DNA of 64,000 bases from an uncultured Holophagales bacterium (GTDB taxonomy: Bacteria > Acidobacteriota > Thermoanaerobaculia > Multivoradales > UBA5704). The notes under the pieces were generated by a model. The model was not told the DNA's origin. It did no database searches and saw nothing but the letters and a program-made list of their open reading frames with translations. This document shows, one piece after another, positions 47,258 to 55,801 of this stretch (within the stretch, counting starts at the first letter, position 1; each line of letters begins with the position of its first letter). The stretch lies in NCBI GenBank assembly GCA_963842525.1, contig CAWJGT010000004.1:192001-256000 (forward strand), read 5' to 3'. The position numbers were made by a program, and so were the translations under genes.

Positions 47258-49216
47258 ATGCGCCCGCGTCTCCAAAGGCACCTGCCCGCCCCGATCCTCC
47301 GGACGCTTGTGATCCTGGCGGTCCTGGCGCCTCCAGCCTTCGCGCAGGAACGGACGCTCTACTGGCCCGAGATCGCCGTCCAGGCCCGCCTGGACGCCGA
47401 CGGGCGCCTGCACGTCGCCGAACGGCAGACCATGGTGTTCACCGGCGACTGGAACGGCGGCGAACGCGAATTCTTCGTAGGGATCGGACCCAAGCTCGAC
47501 TTTCAGAAGCTGTCCCGGATCGACCCCGGGACGGGGGAGGCGGAGCCGCTCGTCGAGGGGGACCTCGACCAGGTCGACCACTACGACTGGACCGACGGCT
47601 CGACGCTGCGCTGGCGGAGCCGTCTGCCTACGGATCCGCCCTTCGACCGCACGCCGATCACCTACCTCCTCGAGTACACGATTTCGAACGCGATCTACCG
47701 GGATGGCGACGTCTACTATCTCCGCCACGACTTCGCCTTTCCGGATCGGGTCGGTGTCATTGAGCGGTTCGTGCTCGACCTCGACTTCGATCCAGTCTGG
47801 CAGCCACGCGCCGGGATTCCCTCGCATCTGGAGAAAAAGAACCTGGAGCCCGGGCAAAGCGTCATCGTGCCGGCGGCCCTGGAGCGGTCTCCGGGAGCGC
47901 CGCGGCTGTTGGCAGTCCGCGCGGTCACCCCGGCGCCGCTCCGCGCCCTCTTCTTCCTCGGAGCCCTGGCGGCCATGGCCTGGCTTTATCTCGACTTCCG
48001 CCGGCACGAGGCGGGCCTCGGCCGGTATGAGTCGCCGGACGTCCCGGAGCGGCCGGACCCGGAGTGGCTGCGGGAGCACCTGTTCGACCTGCGGCCCGAG
48101 GAGGTCGGCGCCCTCTGGGACCGCAAGGTAGGGCCGCCCGAGGTCGCGGCTACCCTGGCGCGCCTGGTCGCGGAGGGGAAGCTCGCGAGCGAGGTCGTGC
48201 GCCGCGGTCTGCTCTTCAAGAAAGAGGCCCTCCGGCTGCGGCGGATCGCGCCACTGCACGAATTCGTGGGCTACGAGCGCCACCTGATCGAAAAGCTGTT
48301 CTTCGGCGGGCGCGCCGAGGTCGACACCGACGAGATTCGGGCGCACTACCGGAAGACGAAGACCGGCCTCGATCCTGCGTCGCTGATCGAGAAGGAGCTG
48401 TGGCAGCGCCTGGAGCGGCAGCCCGACGTCCGCAAGACCACGCCGAAGCCGGGCTGGCGCCGCTCCCTGTTCCTCCTGCTCGCAACGCTGGCTCTGGTGG
48501 GGCTCGACGCGATTCCGCAGTGGAAGCAGACGCTGGTCCTGGCCGCGATCGTGATCTTCGGAGTCACCTGGCTCTACGTCGGAGGCATTCTGGCGGCTTT
48601 CTCCTGGCGCCACCGCACCGAGCGACTCGATGTCGCCTCCCTGGGCTTTCTGCTCCCCGCGCTCGGCGTTTTCGGGCTCGGCGTGCTGGCGAGCTTTTAC
48701 GCCGACTGGTTTTTCGAGCCCGGCAGGATCTTGCCGCGCATGGGCCTCTTCGGCAACCTCGCTCTCGCCCTGCTGCCGGTCACGGTCCTGAGCAGCCTGC
48801 TCCACAACGCGCGGACGCGGGAGAGCCTGGAAGGGATCCGCCACCGGAAGGTCCTGGCCGCGATCCGGCGCTGGCTCCGCCAGGAGCTCGCCCGTTCGGA
48901 GCCCGACCTGCGCGATGAATGGTTCCCCTACCTTCTTGCTTTTGGCCTCCAAAGCGAAGTCGACCGCTGGTTCCGGGCCTTCGGCGGTATGACGCAGAGC
49001 ACAGGTTCTTTCTCTGGAGGCGGCTCCTCTTTCGGCGGCTCGGGAGGAGGGGGCTGGACCGGAGGGGGTGGCTCGTTCGGCGGCGGCGGAGCCACCAGCT
49101 CCTGGGCCGCCGCCGCCACCGGCCTGGCGGCGGGCGTCTCCGCGCCCAGCTCCAGCGGCGGGGGAGGGGGTGGTGGAGGCGGCAGCTCGGGTGGGGGTGG
49201 CGGCGGAGGGTGGTAA
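47258..49216 (+). CDS. DUF2207 family membrane protein
   Basis: Signal peptide, DGRLHVAERQT, FPYLLAFG, Gly-rich tail ending GGGGGGGW. Confidence 0.85.
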   Translation: MRPRLQRHLPAPILRTLVILAVLAPPAFAQERTLYWPEIAVQARLDADGRLHVAERQTMVFTGDWNGGEREFFVGIGPKLDFQKLSRIDPGTGEAEPLVEGDLDQVDHYDWTDGSTLRWRSRLPTDPPFDRTPITYLLEYTISNAIYRDGDVYYLRHDFAFPDRVGVIERFVLDLDFDPVWQPRAGIPSHLEKKNLEPGQSVIVPAALERSPGAPRLLAVRAVTPAPLRALFFLGALAAMAWLYLDFRRHEAGLGRYESPDVPERPDPEWLREHLFDLRPEEVGALWDRKVGPPEVAATLARLVAEGKLASEVVRRGLLFKKEALRLRRIAPLHEFVGYERHLIEKLFFGGRAEVDTDEIRAHYRKTKTGLDPASLIEKELWQRLERQPDVRKTTPKPGWRRSLFLLLATLALVGLDAIPQWKQTLVLAAIVIFGVTWLYVGGILAAFSWRHRTERLDVASLGFLLPALGVFGLGVLASFYADWFFEPGRILPRMGLFGNLALALLPVTVLSSLLHNARTRESLEGIRHRKVLAAIRRWLRQELARSEPDLRDEWFPYLLAFGLQSEVDRWFRAFGGMTQSTGSFSGGGSSFGGSGGGGWTGGGGSFGGGGATSSWAAAATGLAAGVSAPSSSGGGGGGGGGSSGGGGGGGW

Positions 49217-49286
49217 GGAGGACGCAGGGCTCTCCATTCTCGTAGAATGATCGGAAGGGCTGCCTAGCTAGGCGCAGGCCATACCG

Positions 49287-50543
49287 ATGAGCCACCCGAT
49301 TACCGAGGAGAGCCTGAGGCGCTTCGCTGCGAGGACCGCCTCTCCGGAGGAGGGCCGCACAATTGTGGCCCATCTTCTGAAGGGATGTTCGTCTTGTGCG
49401 AAGCGGCTGAGATCCCTCGAACGACCTGGTATACCGGATGGTGCTTACGATGCGATGTTCGCTCGATTGGAGAGAGCTTCTGCTTCTCACGGATCTACGA
49501 AGGTTCCGGGGGCCGCGGGGAATTCGAGAGAGCTGCTGGCCGAGTTGGATGCTCAACCTGAGGCTCGCCAAGAAATCCTGGTACGCAACAGCCGCCGGTA
49601 CTGGTCCCCTGAGCTCGCCGAGTTACTGTGCGAGCGCAGCTACTTTCGACGCTTCGAAGACCCGCGGAGGGTGCTGCATTGGGCTCGGCTGGCCGTGCTG
49701 ATCGGGGAGCATTTCGAAGAGCCGGGCTCCAGCAGAGAGGCACTCGCGGACGTGAGGGCACTCTGCTTCGCTCAATTGGGCACTGCGCTTCGGATTTCGG
49801 GTGATCTAGAGGCCGCTGATCAGTCCATGATGACCGCGCGAAATTGGATGCGTCGAGGGACTGGCAATGCAGAGCTGAGGGCCAAGATCTATGGGCACCT
49901 CGCGTCCTTACGGACTAATCAATTCCGTTGCAATGAAGCCGAGCATCTCTACGCTCAGGCTGCTGAGATCTGGCGGGATCTGGGCAAGCCGCACATGCTA
50001 GCTAAAATCCTGATAGGACAGGCGATCGCTGTTCTCTACCGAGGTGACCCGGATAGTGCCCTCTCGCTCCTCATGGAGGCAATGCCCAAAATCGACGGTT
50101 CCAATGACCCTCGTATGACGTTCGCTGCGTGTCACGCGGTGATTCGATGCCAGATCGAGCTCGGTCAAATAGAGGAGGCCTCGCTCAGATGGGTGGAGTT
50201 GAGGTCCCTTTACAGCAGGCTTAAAGATCCCATCCTGCACACCCGTGGGAAGTGGCTCGAAGGAAGGCTCATGATCGGACAAGGGATGATTTCCGCAGGC
50301 TTGAAACTCCTACAGGATGCGCGCGAGGAGCTGGCGCAGAAGGGACTTGAGTACGATGCTGCCCTCGTCGCCCTTGAAATCGCTGGCAGCTACATGGGAC
50401 TCGGCCGGTCGGAGGAAGTGCGGCGTCTTTTGGCCGAGATTCTCCCGGTTTTCAGGAACCGCAAAGTCGAACGCTCGGCACTCGCCTCGGTCCTCTTTCT
50501 TGGAAGAGTAGTGTCATGCGTTCCTTCAGCCTCTTCTCCCTGA
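49287..50543 (+). CDS. TPR protein with N-terminal zf-HC2-like zinc finger
   Basis: H...LRRF...VAHLLKGCSSC, TPR helices, WLEGRL, YDAALVALE; visibly lower GC. Confidence 0.75.
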   Translation: MSHPITEESLRRFAARTASPEEGRTIVAHLLKGCSSCAKRLRSLERPGIPDGAYDAMFARLERASASHGSTKVPGAAGNSRELLAELDAQPEARQEILVRNSRRYWSPELAELLCERSYFRRFEDPRRVLHWARLAVLIGEHFEEPGSSREALADVRALCFAQLGTALRISGDLEAADQSMMTARNWMRRGTGNAELRAKIYGHLASLRTNQFRCNEAEHLYAQAAEIWRDLGKPHMLAKILIGQAIAVLYRGDPDSALSLLMEAMPKIDGSNDPRMTFAACHAVIRCQIELGQIEEASLRWVELRSLYSRLKDPILHTRGKWLEGRLMIGQGMISAGLKLLQDAREELAQKGLEYDAALVALEIAGSYMGLGRSEEVRRLLAEILPVFRNRKVERSALASVLFLGRVVSCVPSASSP

Positions 50544-50646
50544 TAAGTCGGCAAGCTTCTTGCTCTTATCCCTCTCCGAGACGGAAGCCGCTGGAGGACA
50601 GCGGCTCCGGGAATCGCTGGCGGTGCGGCGCCAGGGGAGGGATGCT

Positions 50647-50922
50647 ATGAATCATCCGGTCTCGGAACACAGTCTGCAACGCTTTGCCGAGGGGACCTCT
50701 TCGTATGCGGAGAGCCGCTCGGTTGTCCTCCATCTGCTACAGGGCTGTCCGGAGTGCGCGGGTGCGGTGCAGTCCTACCTGCGTCCCGAGGTTCCGGCCA
50801 TGGCCTATGACAGGGTCTTCGATCGGCTGCAACGGGTCCAGGAGGGCGCCAAGCTGTTGACCTTCCACAAGCCGCAGGCCCCGGCGCCGCGGCTTGAACG
50901 GCGATCGCGCGTCCGTTCGTGA
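50647..50922 (+). CDS. Stand-alone zf-HC2-like small protein, paralog of the N-terminus of the upstream gene
   Basis: MNHPVSEHSLQRF...VLHLLQGCPEC...AYDRVFDRL; SD GGAGG. Confidence 0.7.
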   Translation: MNHPVSEHSLQRFAEGTSSYAESRSVVLHLLQGCPECAGAVQSYLRPEVPAMAYDRVFDRLQRVQEGAKLLTFHKPQAPAPRLERRSRVRS

Positions 50923-51006
50923 TCTGACACGATCTGACACACCGACGTGACACGTCCGTCAGGTTGGAATCTGGGTTACGATGCGGGCCTGACGGGAGCC
51001 CCTGCC

Positions 51007-51237
51007 ATGGCCCATCTGGTGCTGCACGACGTCGATCCCAAAGTCATCGAGGAGCTGCGCAAGCGGGCTGACCCGCACGGCCGCTCCATTGAGGACGAGG
51101 CGAAGGTTGTCCTCGAAGAGTCTCTCGGCGTGTCGCGGGCACGGGCGCTGCGCGCGGCGCGGCGCATCCGGGCTGAGATCCCCGGCCCGTTCAACGACAG
51201 CGCCGAGCTTCTGCGGCAGGACCGGGACCGCCGCTGA
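51007..51237 (+). CDS. FitA-like ribbon-helix-helix antitoxin
   Basis: LVLHDVDPKVIEELRKRA..HGRSIEDE, DSAELLRQDRDR. Confidence 0.85.
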   Translation: MAHLVLHDVDPKVIEELRKRADPHGRSIEDEAKVVLEESLGVSRARALRAARRIRAEIPGPFNDSAELLRQDRDRR

Positions 51238-51662
51238 TGATCCGCCATTACGTCGTCGACGCCAGCGTGGCGGCCAAGTGGTACTTCCAGGAGGAGCATT
51301 CGGACCGCGCCGATGCCCTCCTCGAGCAGAGCAACGAGATCCTCGCGCCGGACGTCCTGCTCGTCGAGGTCGCCACCTTGGCCTGGAAGCGGGTCCGGCG
51401 CGGCGAGATCAACGAGGCGACGGCGGACCGCATCGTCGCCGAGCTGCGCAAGGTTCCGTTCAACCTCCGGCCCACGGCCGAGCTGGTCTCGGCGGCCCTC
51501 CCCCTGGCTCTCCAGAACAGCCTGACCCTGTTTGACGGCTTCTACATCGCCCTCGCCGTCCAGTCCGGCTGCCCTTGGATCACGGCGGACCGGCGCCTCT
51601 ATGATTCCCTGCGCAACGGTCCGCTCGCCGAGCACGTCCTCTGGATCGGCGACTTCGCCTGA
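51237..51662 (+). CDS. vapC: VapC/FitB PIN domain toxin
   Basis: YVVDASVAAKW, APDVLLVEV, FDGFYIALA, ITADRRL; TGATG coupling. Confidence 0.9.
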   Translation: MIRHYVVDASVAAKWYFQEEHSDRADALLEQSNEILAPDVLLVEVATLAWKRVRRGEINEATADRIVAELRKVPFNLRPTAELVSAALPLALQNSLTLFDGFYIALAVQSGCPWITADRRLYDSLRNGPLAEHVLWIGDFA

Positions 51663-54320
51663 TCAGGCCTCATTCCGCAGCGCGATCATCGGGTCGACCC
51701 GCGTGGCCCGCCAGGCCGGGAGCCAGGAGGACAGCGTGGCGACCGCCATAAGCAGGAGCGGGATGACCGCGAAGGTCACCGGGTCCGCGGCGGTGACGCC
51801 ATAGAGCGAGCTGCGCAGCAGGCGTCCGGTCAGGAACGCCAGGACCAGGCCGGCCCCGGCTCCCACCGCCGCCAGCGTCAGACCCTGCCGCAGGATCAGC
51901 CGCAGCACGCCTTCCCGTTGTGCGCCAAGAGCCATGCGGATTCCGATCTCGTGCGTCCGTTCGGTCACCGCGTAGGAAAGCACACCGTACAGGCCGATCG
52001 CGGCGAGCACCAGGGCCAGCACTGCGAACAGCCCCAGTAGTGTCAGGTTGAACCGCCGGCCGGCCACCGAGCTGGCGAGCCGGTCTTCCATGGTGCTGAT
52101 GTCGAACACCGGCACGTTGCGGTCGAGGGCGAGGATCTCCCGGCGCACCGCGGGAGCGAGCGCGGCGGCATCGCCCTGCGCACGCACCTCCAGGGTGCCG
52201 GAGGGCAGCGGCTGTTGCAGGTAGGGACGGTACATCTGGAGACGCCGCGAGGTGGTCTCGAGGCCGTCCTGCTTGACGTCGGGAACCAGGCCGACCACCA
52301 AGGCACCGTCGCCCAACGGGCCGCCGGTGAGGCGCCGGCCGAGCGGATCCTCCGAGCCCCAGAGCCGCTTGGCCATGCCTTCGCTGACGATCGCCACCGG
52401 CTGGCCGCCTGCGCTGTCGCTCTCCTGGAAAGCCCGGCCGCGCAGCAGACGGATGCCCATGGTTTGGAAGTAGTCGGGACCGACCGCGGCGACGCCGATC
52501 TCCGGGGCCTGCCCCGGCTCGAACGGCGGACGCCCCTGGGCGTTCATGCCCCGCACGATCATGGAAAAGCCGAGGAGCGGCAGGGAATCGGAGTAGGCGA
52601 CCGATTCCACCCCCGGTACCCCGCGCACGCGGCGGGCGAGCTCCTGGAAGAAGGCAGCACGGGAGGCGTCCGACGAGTACCGCTGTGGATCGAGGTCGAG
52701 CCGCAGCGTGAGCAGGCCCTCGGGATCGAAGCCGGGATCGACCGCCTGCAGACGCAGGAAGCTGCGCAGGAGCAGCCCCGCGCCGATCAGCAGGACCGCG
52801 GCGACGGCCACCTCCGCGGCGACGAGGAGACCTCGCGCCACGCCCGAACGGCCGCCGCCCCGCTGCCCCCCTTCCTTGAGCGGGTCCTGGAGGTCGGGCC
52901 GGCTGGCTGCGAGGGCCGGTGCAAGACCGAAGAGCAGGCCGGTCGCCACGGAAAGCCCCAGCGTGAACAGCAGCACGGGAGCGTCGAGGCCGATCTCGGT
53001 CTGGCGGAACACCCCGGCGCCGAGCTCGGCGGGGATCCTGGACACCAAGGGCCGCACCCCTGCGAAGGCCAGCAGCAGGCCGCACACGCCGCCGAGGACG
53101 CCGAGCAGCGTGCTCTCGGTCAGGAGCAGGCGGGCGATGCGCCAACGGTCCGCCCCAAGGGCCGCCCGGACCGCGATCTCCTGGCGTCGCGCCGTGGCCC
53201 GGGCGAGGAGCAGGTTGGCCACGTTGGCGCAGGCGATGAGCAGCACGCATCCGACGGCCCCGAGGAGGAGCAGCAGCTCGAGGCGGACATCCCCGACCAG
53301 CCACTCCCGGACCGGCTTGACCTCGAGCACGGTCTCGGGCAGCCCGGAGGGACCGCCTCCGGGTCCACCGCCCGGTCCGCCGCGGCGAGGCCCTCCTCCC
53401 GGTCCTCCTCGGGGTGGGCCACCAGGCCCTCCAGGACCGCCCGGCCCGCCAACTGCGATGCGGACCATCCGGCCGCCGCCGCCCGGTCCACCCACTCCAG
53501 GCCCACCCTGGGGAGGCTCTCCCGGTCCCGGAACGGCGCCCTCTTGTGCCTGCGGAGCCTCCCGGGCAGCCGCCTCACGCGCGACCGCCTCGGCCCGCTG
53601 GCGGATGCCGTCGAGCTCGGTACGCGCCTGGACCGGCGTGACCCCTGGATTCAGGCGGCCGATCACGTCCACGATCGTCATCCGCTGCCGGCCGCGCTCC
53701 ACTGTCTCGTCGAGCGTCATCGGCACGAGGATTTCGACCTCCGCATCCCGCGGGAAGAGGAAGCCGGGTGGCAGCACGCCCACGATGGGATGGACCTGGC
53801 CGTCGAGCCGGACCGTCTGTCCGTCCAGCCGGGCACCGGTGCCGAGCAGCCGGGTCCAGAAGCGCTGGGTGACGATGGCCGCCGGCCCGCCGTTGAGCTT
53901 CTCCTCCTGCGGCAGGAAGTTCCGTCCCTGCGCGAGCTGGACTCCGAGGGTCGGCAGGAAGCTCGTCGAGACGCGGCCCACGCGGATGCGCTCCGGCTGG
54001 TCCTTGCCCTGCAGCGTGAGCCGGGTGGTGTCGAAGGCCGCGACCGAGGAGAGGAGCTGGCTCTGGTCTCTCCAGTCGAGGTAGTCGGCGCCGGCCGTGA
54101 GCTCGAAGGCGGCTTCCGGGACGACGTTCGTCGCCCGCACGAGCCGGTCGGCGTCCCGGTACGGCAGGGGCCGCAGGAGGATGGCATGGACGACGCTGAA
54201 GATGGCCGTGTTGGCGCCGATGCCCAGAGCCAGCGTGAGGACGGCTACGGCGGTGAAGCCCGGCCGGCCGGCGAGCATCCGGATGGCCGAACGGAGATCC
54301 GACGACAAGCTTCCTGCCAT
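51663..54320 (-). CDS. ABC transporter permease, ADOP/MacB-FtsX duplicated type
   Basis: [51 protein letters not shown]. Confidence 0.93.
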   Translation of the reverse strand: MAGSLSSDLRSAIRMLAGRPGFTAVAVLTLALGIGANTAIFSVVHAILLRPLPYRDADRLVRATNVVPEAAFELTAGADYLDWRDQSQLLSSVAAFDTTRLTLQGKDQPERIRVGRVSTSFLPTLGVQLAQGRNFLPQEEKLNGGPAAIVTQRFWTRLLGTGARLDGQTVRLDGQVHPIVGVLPPGFLFPRDAEVEILVPMTLDETVERGRQRMTIVDVIGRLNPGVTPVQARTELDGIRQRAEAVAREAAAREAPQAQEGAVPGPGEPPQGGPGVGGPGGGGRMVRIAVGGPGGPGGPGGPPRGGPGGGPRRGGPGGGPGGGPSGLPETVLEVKPVREWLVGDVRLELLLLLGAVGCVLLIACANVANLLLARATARRQEIAVRAALGADRWRIARLLLTESTLLGVLGGVCGLLLAFAGVRPLVSRIPAELGAGVFRQTEIGLDAPVLLFTLGLSVATGLLFGLAPALAASRPDLQDPLKEGGQRGGGRSGVARGLLVAAEVAVAAVLLIGAGLLLRSFLRLQAVDPGFDPEGLLTLRLDLDPQRYSSDASRAAFFQELARRVRGVPGVESVAYSDSLPLLGFSMIVRGMNAQGRPPFEPGQAPEIGVAAVGPDYFQTMGIRLLRGRAFQESDSAGGQPVAIVSEGMAKRLWGSEDPLGRRLTGGPLGDGALVVGLVPDVKQDGLETTSRRLQMYRPYLQQPLPSGTLEVRAQGDAAALAPAVRREILALDRNVPVFDISTMEDRLASSVAGRRFNLTLLGLFAVLALVLAAIGLYGVLSYAVTERTHEIGIRMALGAQREGVLRLILRQGLTLAAVGAGAGLVLAFLTGRLLRSSLYGVTAADPVTFAVIPLLLMAVATLSSWLPAWRATRVDPMIALRNEA

Positions 54321-54409
54321 GAGGTTCCCTCCTCGAAGACCAGAGCGCAGGGAGCGGTGCTCCCTTTGTGGACCTCTAACGCGTGAGGGGACGGGAAGTT
54401 CCGTGCGGA

Positions 54410-54588
54410 GCCCTCACCCCCGGCCCCTCTCCCATCCGCCCTCCCTTCCCCCGGGAGAGGGGAGAAAAGCATGATCGGGAAACTTCTGGGTGGGGGCTCC
54501 CCTCTCCCGGGCGGGTGTGAGTGCGGATGGGAGAGGGGCCGGGGGTGAGGGGCCAGGGCTCGCGTTGGACTTTCCAGGCACCGTCTAA
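54410..54588. repeat. Second copy of the 33010-33188 element, left terminal repeat missing
   Basis: Near-identical 180 bp; degenerate right end TTTCCAGGCACCGTC-TAA. Confidence 0.9.
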
Positions 54589-54597
54589 GATAGGCCG

Positions 54598-55083
54598 ATG
54601 CGACGGCTCGGTGAAGCCATGACTGGACCCCGACGCGAAGACGTGGAGTCGATCGACGCCATCATCACGGCCATCTACGATGTCATCTCCGGTCCGGCAG
54701 GGGAGAGGGATTGGGAGCGGGAGCGGTATCTCTTCGCGCCCGGCGCCCACCTGATGCCGGCGCGTCCGCGCCCTGGAGGGGGACACGGGCTGGAGGTCTT
54801 CGACGTCGAAGGCTACATCGCCTCACGAACCCCATACTTCGCGGCCAACAACCTGTACGAGCGCGAGATCGCCCGCCGCGAGGAGCGCTTCGGCAACATC
54901 GTCCATGCCTGGAGCACCTACGAGGCGCGGCACTCGCCCGACGGCGAGCCCGCCTTCCGCGGAATCAACAGCATCCAGCTCTTCCACGACGGCGAGCGCT
55001 GGTGGGTCCTCTCAGTCCTCTGGGACAACGAGCGGGAAGAGAATCCGCTGCCGGAGAAGTACCTGCCAGTTGCCGATGGGTAG
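54598..55083 (+). CDS. NTF2-like conserved protein (start 54598 or 54619)
   Basis: DVESIDAIITAIYDVISGPAG, FGNIVHAWSTYE, RGINSIQL. Confidence 0.75.
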   Translation: MRRLGEAMTGPRREDVESIDAIITAIYDVISGPAGERDWERERYLFAPGAHLMPARPRPGGGHGLEVFDVEGYIASRTPYFAANNLYEREIARREERFGNIVHAWSTYEARHSPDGEPAFRGINSIQLFHDGERWWVLSVLWDNEREENPLPEKYLPVADG

Positions 55084-55175
55084 AACGCCGCGTTATGATC
55101 TCCCGCGACCGACGGCACGGGTTGACGGTCTCCGACTGGGGCCGCTAATCTCATCTCTGGAGCAAGGAGGACCCG

Positions 55176-55793
55176 ATGGCCGAGCCGGTGCGACTCATCC
55201 TTCCGGAACGCGAAGATGCCCGATCCTGGCCCAGGCAGGGGCAATGGACATATGCCGACTACTGTCTCCTGCCCGACGACGGGCAGCGCTACGAGGTGAT
55301 CCGAGGTCATCTATACGTGAGCTCTGCCCCCTCGTTCATTCATCAGCTTACCGTGAAGAGATTGTTCCGAAACCTCGACGGCTTTGTTGTCAGCCGCCGC
55401 CTCGGAGAAGTGCTCACGGCGCCCTTTGATGTCCTGCTCCCGTTCGGCATCGGCACGCCGGTGCAGCCGGATGTCATCTTCTTCCGCAAGGGGAACGTGC
55501 CTCGCATCGATGCCTTGAATTTCCAGGGGGTGCCGGACCTGGTGATCGAGGTCCTTTCACCGAGCACTCGCCGGCTCGACAGGATCAAGCTCGCTGCCTA
55601 TCTGGATGCAGGTGTGCCGGAGGTCTGGCACCCCGATCCGAAAGCGCTGACCCTCGTAGTTTATGGCCTGAGCGCCGACCGCAAGAGCTATGAAGTGGTG
55701 TCCCGAGGAGGGGAGGGGGAGTCGGTCGTCTCGCGCATCCTGCCGGGCCTGCGGACCGACGTCAGCGAGATCTTCGCGCCACCGTTGGAATAG
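55176..55793 (+). CDS. Uma2/DUF820 family endonuclease
   Basis: WTYADY..LPDDGQRYEVIRG, VQPDVIF, PDLVIEVLSPST, GVPEVW. Confidence 0.92.
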   Translation: MAEPVRLILPEREDARSWPRQGQWTYADYCLLPDDGQRYEVIRGHLYVSSAPSFIHQLTVKRLFRNLDGFVVSRRLGEVLTAPFDVLLPFGIGTPVQPDVIFFRKGNVPRIDALNFQGVPDLVIEVLSPSTRRLDRIKLAAYLDAGVPEVWHPDPKALTLVVYGLSADRKSYEVVSRGGEGESVVSRILPGLRTDVSEIFAPPLE

Positions 55794-55801
55794 AGGCGAC
55801 C

